DNA from: Blepharisma stoltei ATCC 30299
Lineage: Eukaryota > Protista > Ciliophora
Assembly (NCBI GenBank): GCA_965603825.1
Contig: CBFDEM010000043.1
Coordinates: 548,204 to 612,203, forward strand
Direction of reading: 5' to 3'
DNA length: 64,000 nt
A program made the position numbers and the translations under genes. Within the stretch, counting starts at the first letter, position 1; every line of letters starts with the position of its first letter. Positions 1 to 10,742 of this stretch are shown here, in pieces. The notes beneath the pieces were generated by a model, which was not told the origin of the DNA, did no database searches, and was given only the letters and a program-made list of their open reading frames with translations.

Positions 1-59
1 TTTTTCTAGGCTAGATATAAAAGTTTGCAAGCTTATTATTTTAAAAACTTATTTTAATA

Positions 60-172
60 TTTATAGTGTGTATAAATAATAATTTGTTTATTTTTTGCAT
101 GATTGCACACTAAAACTAATGATTCTTAAATTTGGCAGCTGAGCTCTATAGTGAGATATCAATTCCTAAAAT
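60..172 (-). pseudogene. Decayed copy of the 3' end of the rhodanese-like gene at 2714-3586
   Basis: 133-171 TGGCAGCTGAGCTCTATAGTGAGATAT--CAATTCCTAAAA aligns to 2777-2817 TGGCAGCTGAGTTGTATAGTGAGATATATCAATCCCTAAAA with a 2-nt deletion. The minus strand at ~95-109 reads TGT GCA ATC ATG CAA (CAIM, stop lost), versus TGC ACA GTC ATG TAA (CTVM*) in the intact gene. Confidence 0.7.
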
Positions 173-214
173 AATTTTTTCGCTGCTTTCAAGAGCCACA
201 TTTAATCTTTAACT

Positions 215-2080
215 GTTTTAATCGTTAATTATAAACAATTTGAATTAAATGGGTTTAAATTTTCTTGGATCTGCAAAGAGACTTTAAAGCTGTTTGGCTT
301 TCTATATCTTAAAAAGATGTATCTAATGTGCAGCAAAGAAGCAAATTTAAACTTTAGTATCTGGTTTAATTTTTCTTGAGGAGAGAATGCAGCAGCAAAT
401 TTAGAGAAAACAGATGAATTCATAAACTTTAATTCAGGATTACGAACGGATGGCTAGATTTATATTTATAGCAAAAAGACATAAGCTTAATAGAAGACTC
501 CTTATTTAGATAAAAGGTAATTTTGTATCTCTTAACTACAAAATTTTGTTTAGTTAATCAACTTTTGAAGCCATAAACCATGCCTCTTATGCATTTAAAA
601 GCAAAAAATGAAGCTAGATGCTCTACCTTTTATTAATTGTTTAAATTTAGAATGGAAATTCAGAAAGAAAAGATTTAACCTCAAGTTTCGAGCAAAAAGA
701 AATTCGAATAAGATCCCAAAACGATAAAATAATTGGCAGAAATATTAGATTTCAACACTCAAGATATCTAATTTAACTCCAAATCTGCTTATGACAAAAT
801 TTTCGTTAATTTTTCAATATGAAATAAACACACCCATATCAATCCTTGCAAAAATATAATAATTCTTTTAGACACATATTTTTAATTATAAACCGAATTT
901 ACCTTACTATTTACAAATATATAAAAATTTAGCTAACAAAATTCAAATTAAAGTTGCATTTTTAAGAAATAAAGTATCTTTAAAGTATCCTATTTTAACC
1001 GTTATTTATAAACAATTTAAACAATAATATACGAGCATCAACTATCTTGGCAGATAGACTTTGATATTACTTCAAGCGTTTGGAAAAATTTATCGTCACG
1101 TAGAAAGCCAGAGTAGAATATTAATATTGCTCCCGAAGAAAATGAGGGATGATCCTTCACTAAAAATAACAGAAAATTCCCCCGAACAGAGGCTTTATAT
1201 CCTGAATTGTAGAAAATTTTCCTAGTTTTGAAGACATTTACCCTTCCGCCAAGAGTTAGAGGAGATGATGATTGTCAAATATTCGGTTGTGTGCAATCCG
1301 GTGGTACCAATGGCAGTAATAAACCGGAAAAATTCCCGAACTGAAGCAAAAGATGCCGCAGCAACTTGAATTTCAGTCCTTTACCTTCAAAAATGTTTGA
1401 GAAATAAAATAATGTCTGCTTCCTTTAGCTCAAGAGAGCAGGTTCCAACTTCCCCAAATCAGTGATACCTCGGATTTTGATCTGTTAAGAAATCTCAAAA
1501 ATAGATGTGATTACTTAAATTGCTAATTAATTGAAATCTCTAATAATAAGTATGAAAAGCTTTAGAAAAAATAAGGAAGCACACCATCTTTATCCTAAAT
1601 ATAAATCCCAATGTCAGGAGTTCGAGACTATGCACTGACAGCTTTTACTAACATAACTGAGATAAGTTCTCTATAAGTAAGTAAGAATTGCTTGAGGAGG
1701 AATGGGGGAGTTGGTATATAAGAATCGTGATTATTAAAATTTATCAATAGTTATTATATACTTCCTGAGCATTGTGAAGATATATAACTATATCAGAAAT
1801 GCAAATCACAGACTTAAATATTTTGATTGATCACTGTATGATAATATCATAAAAAAATAATTAAATGATTTATGAAAATTAAGGTAAATCAAAATTAATA
1901 TAAATTCAAAATTAAAAAGCATCTTTTTTTCGTATCTTAAAGTATCTAATTTAATCAGTTAATTATAAACAATTTACATTAGAATCAAGAACACTAACTA
2001 GTACGGCAAACAGACTTTACATCATCTTTAGCATTTGGGAAAATTTATCATCGTATAGAACATTAAAGGAGACACAATAT
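215..2080 (+). repeat. Three diverged direct copies (~215-310, ~940-1120, ~1900-2080), probably 5' ends of tandem pseudogenes
   Basis: Shared blocks are tttaa(t/c)c(a)gtta(a/t)ttataaacaattt at ~217/~993/~1950 and gca(a/g)a(g/t/c)agacttt at ~273/~1050/~2006. Copies 2 and 3 also share gc.tttgg.aaaatttatc.tc...tagaa. Confidence 0.75.
1031..1504 (+). pseudogene. Probable pseudogene (copy 2 of the tandem relic family), unknown product
   Basis: A 158-codon frame starts at ACG in place of ATG and has two internal TAGs. Its AFGKIYRHVE matches AFGKIYHRIE in copy 3 with synonymous third-position changes (GCG/GCA, GGA/GGG). Confidence 0.5.
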
Positions 2081-2713
2081 TTTCTAAATAAGAAATCGTT
2101 AAAGCATTTCAAGGAGAAATCTCTTTATTAAAACAATAGCTATTAATTTTTACGAAAGGTAACATCTTAATAGGGCAGAATCACAGATAACAGAAATTAA
2201 GACATAGATTATCATCATTTGAAATTAAGATTGCGTAAATATAATGCATAATCTAATTCAACTCAAAGCCCAGATAGCTTGAATATTTTAAAGTGAAGAC
2301 ATAAAGAAAACAATCTGCGCCTCAGATGAGAAGATAAAACAATGTTTATAATAATTGAGTAAAGTTAAAGATGAGTAGAGAATATGTATTATAAGAGACA
2401 GCTATAGCCTGAATACGAGGTAATTCACCCCGCTCCATTTCAGCGCCAGCTGGTTCAAGTGCTGCTGGTAAAAAGAAGCATGAATAGCTGTCCATTGAAC
2501 TAGGCCATAAATAAGTGGATTTTTGCTTCAGGTAAAATACATAGATTGAAGAAATTTGCACCAACTCAATGATGCTCATTATACACTAAAACTTCAAATG
2601 CAATATATCATGAAGATTTTCCAAATTAACATTTTGACGACCAAAAAATAAAGATTTTTATTGCCAAATTATAAAAACATTATAATTTATATCAATAATA
2701 TTTCGTTTATAAT

Positions 2714-3586
2714 TTACATGACTGTGCAATAACAAGTATGCTCTGTTCTCCCTGATTCTTGTATTTTCTCTGATTCTGGCAGCTGAGTTGTATAGTGAGA
2801 TATATCAATCCCTAAAAATGACTTTGAAACTAAGCTTGAATCGTTGTTTTTCTGGCCTTCATGGGCTGAATAAGTTAGCCTGCTAGTTTCCGCTTTTTCT
2901 GTGATAGTTTTTGTATCTCCAATTACAATTGCTACAGACTCATAGTCTAAATATTTCAATAATAGTGCAAGCAGTCCAGCCATGGCTCCATGCACAATCG
3001 CAGCCCTATCTGGTATAATAGAAAACCCTCGCTGTGATAAATTTTGTGACACCTGGTTTTGCGTTAGTATATTTCCTCTGATATCAATCATATTAAAAGG
3101 CACAGCATCCAAGTAAAAAATTTGATGGTAAATTACTTGTTTTTTTAAAAAATCCTGACTTGTCATAACTAAATTTCTGTCAAACTGCAATTTATTCCCA
3201 GTCCGTTTCTTTAGCAGTGGGGGAGCGCCATCAGAGAGTTCTATATTTGTATTTTTGAAAAGCTTAAAACCTCCTAACAGCACGTGAATGTTAGTAGCCC
3301 CTGCTGCTCGGAAGCCTCAATAAGCTTTGCAGGAATATTCCATTCTGTCACCAGTCCCGTAACAGACTATTGCTTTATTTGAGTCTAATTCAACTGATGC
3401 TGATTCTTTTATAAATAGATCAGGATCATCTTCAATATAAAATAGAAATGAGCCTGGGACATGCTGTGCTGGGATTTTTGACCTTGGGAGGCAATATATT
3501 AGCATGTAGCTTTCTGGGTTAAGCTCTTTAAGCTCTTCGTATGAAATAAAAACACTCATATGGAAATCCAGCCTATTATAAAGCAT
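2714..3586 (-). CDS. Tandem-rhodanese (TST/MST-like) fold protein, ~290 aa, with C-terminal CaaX (CTVM); catalytic Cys apparently absent
   Basis: Two track ORFs join in frame through TGA 3317-3319, giving SCKAY-W-GFRAAGATNIHVLLGGF, which matches the rhodanese motif a.rawW.l...G...v.vLdGG. The start could be the second Met (MSVFIS). Confidence 0.8.
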
Positions 3587-3978
3587 TGATTACGATATAA
3601 AATGGAATTTGCTAATGTAAAGAAATTATGAAAATATGATTAAAGCACTTGTTATGGGCAAAAATATTTGAGAATTAAAAATGTTGGTTAACTGCTTATT
3701 TATTTATAAAATCTTGAAAAAATCACCAAAAAGATCGAAAAATATTTTTCGTATTTATCAGCTATAATCCTAAAATGAATTTCTTGCGAAGGCTGTGAAA
3801 ATTTTGTGTGAGCAGCATTTCATAAAAATTAATTATAGATTGCTCAGCATTTTGCAAAGGGCTTCTGCATAAAATTTTATAGGATGTATATATATAATTA
3901 TAAATAATTTTTTTGTCAATTAAATAATAAACTGTATTCTCCTGAAATGCCATTTATCAGCGTAAATTAAATGAAATA

Positions 3979-4962
3979 ATGTGTGAAAATGACTTAGTTA
4001 AAGCAATATTTTATGTAGTTATTGGAGGAGTATGGACGCTTTATTTCATTATCTGAATGATCTACACTTATTTCATCAATCGGCAACACATAAAGCCACT
4101 TCACAAAATCCTGACTTTTATAGTTCTTTTCAAAATGATGAATAGTGAATTTGCTGCTCTTCTTGCTTTTGCTTGTAGAGACGCAACTGGGTGGTATCCA
4201 TACTGAGGCTTAGGCTACACATCTACATATACGCTTTACAACACTTTCCTTTACACATCTCTTATTTTAATTAGCAAAGGCTTTTGCATTACCCGAGAAC
4301 TTCTGGACAGAACCGAAGTCACCATTGTAGCTATCACAATGGGATCTTCTTACCTCGGCTTCAGTGCTTATATGATCCAACAAATGGAATTGTCCTTTGC
4401 CTTGCTCGCGATATTGATTATATTTTTCTATCTCAATGTAAAATACACACTCGTCAACATAAAAAACCTCCAGTGAAGATTCAGTATCCTCAGGAACACA
4501 AACTTGCCTGAACTTTTGGCGTCTTATGCAGCGAAAATTAATATGCTGAAATTTTACCTGCTGATTTTGCATTTGTTTTTTGTGATACAGCTGAGCTTGT
4601 TTTTAGCTGTAGAAATAGGGGATTTGGTTATAGGGGAAAATACATTAAGGGAATCAGATTTTATTACAATTCCTGATGAAATTAGTGAGAGCGTGGGGAT
4701 CATGATTATTGTTATGATTTTTAGGGCAAAGGATAGAGGGCAGCTGTTTTTTTTGTCAATTTATCAGGATGAGTCTGAAGATCAGAGGCCGCCTCCGATG
4801 ATGTCAGCGAGACTACCTTTGGGATTTGATGTGCCGCGCTCAGAAGAGAAACCAATGATTGTGATGTGTCCTCAGGAGTTTAATGCTGGAAAACCTTATA
4901 AAGCAATTATGTTGGCAACTCCATATCCTCATGGTGTTGTTTTATCTGAAGAATCTGATTAG
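3979..4962 (+). CDS. Multi-pass (about 7 TM) membrane protein, GOST/TMEM87/GPR107-like, 327 aa
   Basis: The frame is open from ATG 3979 to TAG 4962 with three TGA=Trp. It has serial hydrophobic helices, and LILISKGFCITRELL resembles the GOST-family LL.skGw.i.r motif. The family call is tentative. Confidence 0.7.
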
Positions 4963-5147
4963 TGTATTTATTTTAATTTTTTCAAAATTATTTGACTATC
5001 ATCTTAATTAATTTTTAAAAAAAACCTCATTTTCACACAAGCTGAAATCAATAAAATCCAATCTCTATACACTATATAAAATTATGTAATCATTACTTAA
5101 AAATCTCATTAAATTGCAAATATCCGATAAGCCCGACATACTTTAAC

Positions 5148-5798
5148 TTATAGCTTTAGATCCATTAACTTCCTCTTTGTAAACGCAAAAAATTTCCCTC
5201 CACACCCTCCTGTGCACGCAACCTGTTGCGCGCATCCATCACACCACTGAAACCCTGCCAAATCCTTAATAAACTGTATGTGTTTATTCAAGTCTTTTTC
5301 TAGCTTCGCTGTTTTTTCTTTGCATTTCGCATTACAAGTGTCGTTTTCCTTAATAGCTTCAATGACTTCCTGACCGAGATCCTTAATTAATTGGCTTTTG
5401 CTTGATATGATTTTTTGCTTATAAAGCTCAATCTTTTTTTCGCTATCTTGAACTACCCAATAAGTCCCAAATGTCGAGGCATAGAAGCTTATGAGGATAA
5501 GCAGGGCAGATATAGAATAAATATAGTTATCTAGTAAGATGTTGACGTCGTGGTGGTAGATAAGAAGAAAGCCTGTTATAATATAAGCAGCTAGAAGGAA
5601 TCTGGAAAACAATTGGAGCCGGGAGCAGTAGATGCTGTATTTTAGTTTCCTTTTGGCTGCTTCTTGAGAACTTTCGTTTAAACTTGATAGGATGCTGTTG
5701 TATTCTTTAAGCCCTGTCCTCTTATGAGTGAATCTCCCTATAAGAACTCCTAATGCCAATGCAACAGGAGCTATGTAATAGCACAGATCAAAGTCCAT
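5148..5798 (-). CDS. Membrane protein (3 TM, coiled coil, C-terminal Cys cluster), 216 aa, unknown function
   Basis: Open frame whose first ATG is at 5798 (MDFDLC). It has three hydrophobic segments and CDGC-x5-CTGGC near the C-terminus. Confidence 0.75.
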   Translation of the reverse strand: MDFDLCYYIAPVALALGVLIGRFTHKRTGLKEYNSILSSLNESSQEAAKRKLKYSIYCSRLQLFSRFLLAAYIITGFLLIYHHDVNILLDNYIYSISALLILISFYASTFGTYWVVQDSEKKIELYKQKIISSKSQLIKDLGQEVIEAIKENDTCNAKCKEKTAKLEKDLNKHIQFIKDLAGFQWCDGCAQQVACTGGCGGKFFAFTKRKLMDLKL

Positions 5799-5854
5799 TT
5801 CTAGATAAAAATATAAAAATGATAATAAAATTGTCAATTCACCTAAATAATTAA

Positions 5855-6628
5855 TTAAGATATGTGCCCGTTAGGATGTTTGCTTGAGATTACTCCAGCA
5901 CTTGTAACGAGCTTATTCAGTCCGAAGCTAGCAAAACCTTCTCCGTCAGTTTGAAGATATGGAGTGCATTGCTCAAGAATTTTTTTCTTAGGATTCAAAG
6001 CAGGTAAGATTGGCTCATTTGAAGCAGCGCGAATATTTTCTATTCCTACCCTTTCCCCTACAGCAGACCCTACTGGTGGCCTGACTAGTTCAAAGCCAGT
6101 TGGAGTATGCAAGGCAAAGACCATTCCATTTGAGTTAAACCCAGCAAGCTTTCTTGGCTTTAAATTCGCACAGACAAGGACAAGTCCGCTCATGTCTTCG
6201 ATTGGGATGTGTTTTTGAAGCCCACTGCCGATTTCTCTGAGATTTCCTTCACCAAGGTCAATTTTTTCACAGTAAAGAGCTTCGCTGCTAGGATGTTTCC
6301 AGCATTCGACAATTCTTCCTACTCTTATATCAATTTGGTTGAATAAGTTGAGTGGAGCTTCTGCAAGGTTGACCTTAATTTCTTCTTCATGATGAGAAGA
6401 GGCTGCAGATTCTGTTGCTTTTGAAGCTGTTTTAGTTTCCTCAGTCTTAGGAGTTTCTTCAGCTTTTTGTTCTTCTTTTGGAGCTGCTTGAGGAGTCTCT
6501 ACAGCTGAGCTTTGAAGGGCTTTCTCTTCTGGAGTTCGCAAATTTTCATTTAGCGTTGCTTCAGTCACTCCTAGCTGATTTTCCAGCTTTTTAATCAACA
6601 AATCTATAGCTTCTCTTGCTCGGGCCAT
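5855..6628 (-). CDS. tRNA-binding OB-fold protein (Arc1p/AIMP1/EMAP-II C-terminal domain family)
   Basis: Motifs IDIRVGRIVECWKHP, LYCEKIDLGE, NLKPRKLAGFNSNGMV and LNPKKK, preceded by an Ala/Glu/Lys-rich linker. Confidence 0.9.
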   Translation of the reverse strand: MARAREAIDLLIKKLENQLGVTEATLNENLRTPEEKALQSSAVETPQAAPKEEQKAEETPKTEETKTASKATESAASSHHEEEIKVNLAEAPLNLFNQIDIRVGRIVECWKHPSSEALYCEKIDLGEGNLREIGSGLQKHIPIEDMSGLVLVCANLKPRKLAGFNSNGMVFALHTPTGFELVRPPVGSAVGERVGIENIRAASNEPILPALNPKKKILEQCTPYLQTDGEGFASFGLNKLVTSAGVISSKHPNGHIS

Positions 6629-6702
6629 TTATTATTTATATTTACCTTTACCTTAATCAATTCACTAAAATCGTCATTTATATGGAATAATAATAAAAAT
6701 TA

Positions 6703-6849
6703 ATGGCAGGATCAAGGGTAAGCTCTTCACCTAGATGCTTACAAGTATTACTGCAAAAGCAAAGAAGAGACTTATTCCAGCATTATTTATTATTTTTCTG
6801 GGCCGCGTTCTTCTACATATTATTATATACAAAAATACATACCTATTAA
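6703..6849 (+). CDS. Candidate 48-aa single-TM microprotein
   Basis: The ATG has the local A-rich start context, and the ORF fills the gap between two genes. It carries a hydrophobic stretch YLLFFWAAFFYILLY. No homology recognised. Confidence 0.3.
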   Translation: MAGSRVSSSPRCLQVLLQKQRRDLFQHYLLFFWAAFFYILLYTKIHTY

Positions 6850-6854
6850 AATTA

Positions 6855-9122
6855 TTAAGCAAGTTGCAGCTTTTGGAGTTTTTCAGCCACAGCAGAGAGT
6901 AAGGACTGCTCGTTTTTCTTTGGGATTAATAAAGGAGCGGAATAGTCTGAGTCCACCACAAAGTGCTGATTTATATCAGCTTCGCTGAGACATTTTGGCT
7001 TAAAGCAGACAAGGCCAGTTCCAGCTGAAAATTTTTGTTCAAGAGAGGAGGAAAACATGCCAGCTTTGCCGAGACCCCAGCCAAAGAGCTTAGCGCTGTC
7101 AGACAGGGCTAAGACGTGATTTTCTCCACAGATGACATCGATTATTACTTCTTCTTTTAGGGTTTCTACTCTGATGGGGTGGTCTGAGCTTGTTTCTGAA
7201 CTGCCTTGGCCTAGTTGACCTTGTTCTCCATTTCCCCAGACAAGGATTTGTCCAGTTTCAGTTAAACAAGCAGAAAAAATGGACCCCGCAGAGATTTTTA
7301 CTATGTTTAAGGAGTCCAATGCAGAAATTAAGGTAATTTCTTTGCTCATTGATTGGTTAGTAAGCTCATCTCGAGAGATTCCTAATTGGCCATCCTCCCC
7401 CCAGCCAAATGCAAAAACTTTGCCATTAGTATCTAATGCTAATGTATGGGCTTCTCCACATGCGATCGCTTTAATAGTGATGTTCCTTTCTGAAAAGTAA
7501 TTAATTTTTAACGGGACAAGAGAGACATACCCTGTTTCATCCTTGCAGAGCTCCCTAAACGGGATCCCAAGCTGATATACATCTCCTCTACCCCAAGAAT
7601 AAACAGATCCATTATTTGTTACAGCTACAGTATGATACCCTCCACATTCCAAATACACTACACTTTCTCTCGCTAATGCTTTCACTTGTCTAGGAAAACT
7701 ATGTGAATGCAAATTTCCATGCCCTAGACACCCAGAAGCTCCATATCCCCAAGTCATTACTTTTCCTTCATTTGTGACTAATACACAATGCTCATAACCG
7801 CATGAAAGTCAGGAAACTGAAGATCTTGCGATACTTTGTAATACTTTTTCCGATAAGAGAGAAGGCCTGAAGGAGGAATTGTTGGCTATTGCTTTGTTTT
7901 GGGCGTCGATATTGGAGTACTCTAGTTGTAATGCTGAGTTGAAGCCTGAGCAGCAGACACTGGCGAGAAGTTCTAGCAGGGCAGAATAGCCTGTTTGGTC
8001 TTCAAAATTATTTGCTTGAGTGCATATAGCGATTTTTCTCATAATTGGGGAATATGGGTTGCAGCCAGTTATAGCCGCGAATGAATCAGAGCTTATTTCT
8101 GACCATGAAGAAATAGAGATTGCAAAGCTTGCGAGGACTTTAGGCTCTAGCTTTATTAAAGCAGGCTTAAAATGACGAGCAATCATAATATTTTTTGATG
8201 CAGAAGGGCTTGAGCAATAAACTTGTAGAGGATGGGCCGTTCCTTCTTCAGCTAACGACATTATTGAGTCTTCATTGATTTTTTCGTCTCCGAAACTTTC
8301 GCTCAACCTATCATATGGCATCAATTCAAAATTTTTCTTAAAATCATTTAGCATGTTCGGCTCCCATTCAATGTCACTTGTATCTTGTAATTTTTCTTGA
8401 AAAATGTCGCTTTCTCCACTTGTTTTTTCAGCTATAACTTCATTGGTAGACCCTCTAGGAGTTAATCGCAAGTTTGACTTCGAAATGATGGAGTTATAAG
8501 AGCTTGCTGGCGTTATGGATTGGTAAAATCTTTCATCATTAGCCTTTGCATGGAAATTCCTCTGTATTTGTAAAATCATTTCTTTATCCGCATTATCAAT
8601 CACTGGCTTTTCTATTTCTTGGTCAGTTTCAGGATTAGTCTGACTACTCTCAAAAAACCTAAAATTTAACGAATTTCTTCCTAAAAACTCTTCGGAATTC
8701 GAAATTTTTGACGAGACAGAAATGTTTATAGAGCGACTAATTTCAATAGAGTTCACTGGGACTTGATTTATCTGCATAAAAGTTACTTGACTTTCCTGGG
8801 TACTGATTCCATGACTGTCTTCACTCCCTTTGCTAAAAGGACTAGATGAGCTTAGAACTTCTAGGTTTTTCTTAATATTAATCCTGTCTGCAAAGGTCAG
8901 CTTATTTGTCAGTAAAAGTGCTCGATGGTTACTATCGGTGGAAGTCAGATATTCAGCATCTAGAATTGGGTATCGATACAAGGCATCATTTGTGAAAGAT
9001 GAAAATTTGGATAGAAAAGGAGAAATAGGGGTTAAGCCTGAATATTCTTGAGATTTTATAAGCTGATAGACAGATGGAGAATCGGTTGAAATTTCGCTTG
9101 AACGAAGTGACTGCGTTTCCAT
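6855..9122 (-). CDS. RCC1-repeat beta-propeller protein with long Ser-rich N-terminus, 755 aa
   Basis: TGA 7809-7811 as Trp joins two ORFs: VS-W-LSCGYEHCVLVTNEGKVMTWGYG. Repeated CG.xH...(S/A/V)WG.G..GQLG motifs follow. Confidence 0.9.
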
Positions 9123-9484
9123 ATTTTAAATTGTGTAATCATTAGGCAGTTTTAGATAAAATAATAAGTAGATATGAAATGACGTAAGAGGGGCTGTAAG
9201 GGTTACAGATATTGGTAGAAAAGAGAAGTTTATGAAATGGCAAAGAAGCTTAATATAGGCTCTATATAAGTATATATAAATTATCTAATAGACATTTCCG
9301 ATCTCAATATATATTCCTGATTAAAAATAATCAAAATTTTTATTACTTGAAAAAATTCTTTTAAAATTTACACCCAGCAGCCAATATATAATATCAATAA
9401 ATCAAGTTGAATTTTCACATTTATTCAGTACTACAAGTAAGCCACCTAATTTTAATCTCAATTTTCCATTAAATTACAATAAAA

Positions 9485-10702
9485 ATGTTGGCCAGATCTT
9501 TAAATCTAAGCACAAGAATTTTATCTCGCCCAATTAGCAGCGTTTTAGCTGGAAATTTCAATCTGACCGAAGATCAGCTCGCATTTCAAGAAACTGCTCT
9601 CCAATTCGCTAAAGAGCATATGGAGCCTTTTGCTAATGAATGGGATAAGACCGATCACTTCCCTATCGATGTTATCAAAATGGCTGGCAATCTTGGCTTC
9701 GGAGCCATCTATTGTAGCGACAAACATGGAGGCACAGGACTAGGGAAGCTCGAAGCAAGCATAATTCTCGAAGCTTTATCCACTGGCTGCATAAGTACAG
9801 CCTCTTATATCAGCATCCACAATATGTGTAATGGACTTCTCGATGTTTTTGGAACTGAAGAACAGCGCTCCAAATGGCAGCCAGGGGTTTCTAGCTTTGA
9901 CTTATTCACAAGCTACTGCTTAACTGAGCCAAATTCTGGCTCTGACGCTGGAGCTATGTCCACAACTGCAAAACTTGAAGGAAATGACTATGTCCTTAAT
10001 GGCTCCAAAATGTTTATTAGTGGAGGCGGAGAAAGCCACTTATATTTCGTCATGACAAGGACTGGACCTAAAGAAATTTCTTGTTTTATTGTAGAAAAAG
10101 ACACCCCAGGACTCAGCTTTGGCAAAAAAGAAGACAAACTTGGATGGAGGACTCAGCCCACAAGACTTGTGAATTTTGATAACTGTAAAATCCCAAAGGG
10201 AAATTTATTAGGAGAAATAGGACAAGGCATGAAAATAGCTATGAGAGGCCTTGAAGGAGGCAGATTAACCATTTCTAGCTGTGCCTTAGGAGGGGCTTGG
10301 TACGCCCTAGAAAAAGCTTCTAATTATATGGGAGAAAGAAAACAGTTCGGCAAACACTTAAAAGATTTCCAATACCTCAGGTTCAAAATGGCAGAAGCTT
10401 TAGCAAGATTAACGTCTGCAAGAATGACGACCCGAGCCTGTGCACAGCTGATGGACCAGCCTATCCAAAATAAACATATTTTTGCCTCAATTGCAAAATT
10501 AATTGCAACTGATGACTGTGCACAAATTGTGGACGACTGCTTACAGATGTTCGGAGGATATGGACTATTAAGGGAGTACGGCATGGAAAGAATGTATAGA
10601 GAGTTGAGAGTCTTGAAAATTGTGGAAGGGACCAATGAGATTATGCGGCATACAATCGCAAAAAATCTGTTTGACCATCATCCTCATCACCACCATCATT
10701 AA
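9485..10702 (+). CDS. ACAD8: Mitochondrial isobutyryl-CoA dehydrogenase (acyl-CoA dehydrogenase family)
   Basis: Presequence-like N-terminus, with YISIHNMC, SYCLTEPNSGSDA, LNGSKMFISGGG, ERKQFG, QMFGGYG and IVEGTNEIMR. Confidence 0.9.
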   Translation: MLARSLNLSTRILSRPISSVLAGNFNLTEDQLAFQETALQFAKEHMEPFANEWDKTDHFPIDVIKMAGNLGFGAIYCSDKHGGTGLGKLEASIILEALSTGCISTASYISIHNMCNGLLDVFGTEEQRSKWQPGVSSFDLFTSYCLTEPNSGSDAGAMSTTAKLEGNDYVLNGSKMFISGGGESHLYFVMTRTGPKEISCFIVEKDTPGLSFGKKEDKLGWRTQPTRLVNFDNCKIPKGNLLGEIGQGMKIAMRGLEGGRLTISSCALGGAWYALEKASNYMGERKQFGKHLKDFQYLRFKMAEALARLTSARMTTRACAQLMDQPIQNKHIFASIAKLIATDDCAQIVDDCLQMFGGYGLLREYGMERMYRELRVLKIVEGTNEIMRHTIAKNLFDHHPHHHHH

Positions 10703-10742
10703 AACGCATAATAAAATTCATATAAAAATAGTTTAATAATAT

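Noticed and set aside
229-423. Minus-strand 64-aa ORF, and a family of peptides ending NCL*
   Set aside because: The NCL* ending is just the reverse complement of the repeated TTATAAACAATT block. The copy at ~1006 is closed after a few codons in that frame, and synonymous changes favour the + strand.
2346-2579. 77-aa minus-strand ORF
   Set aside because: No recognisable motif, and it lies in a decayed region; cannot be supported as a gene.
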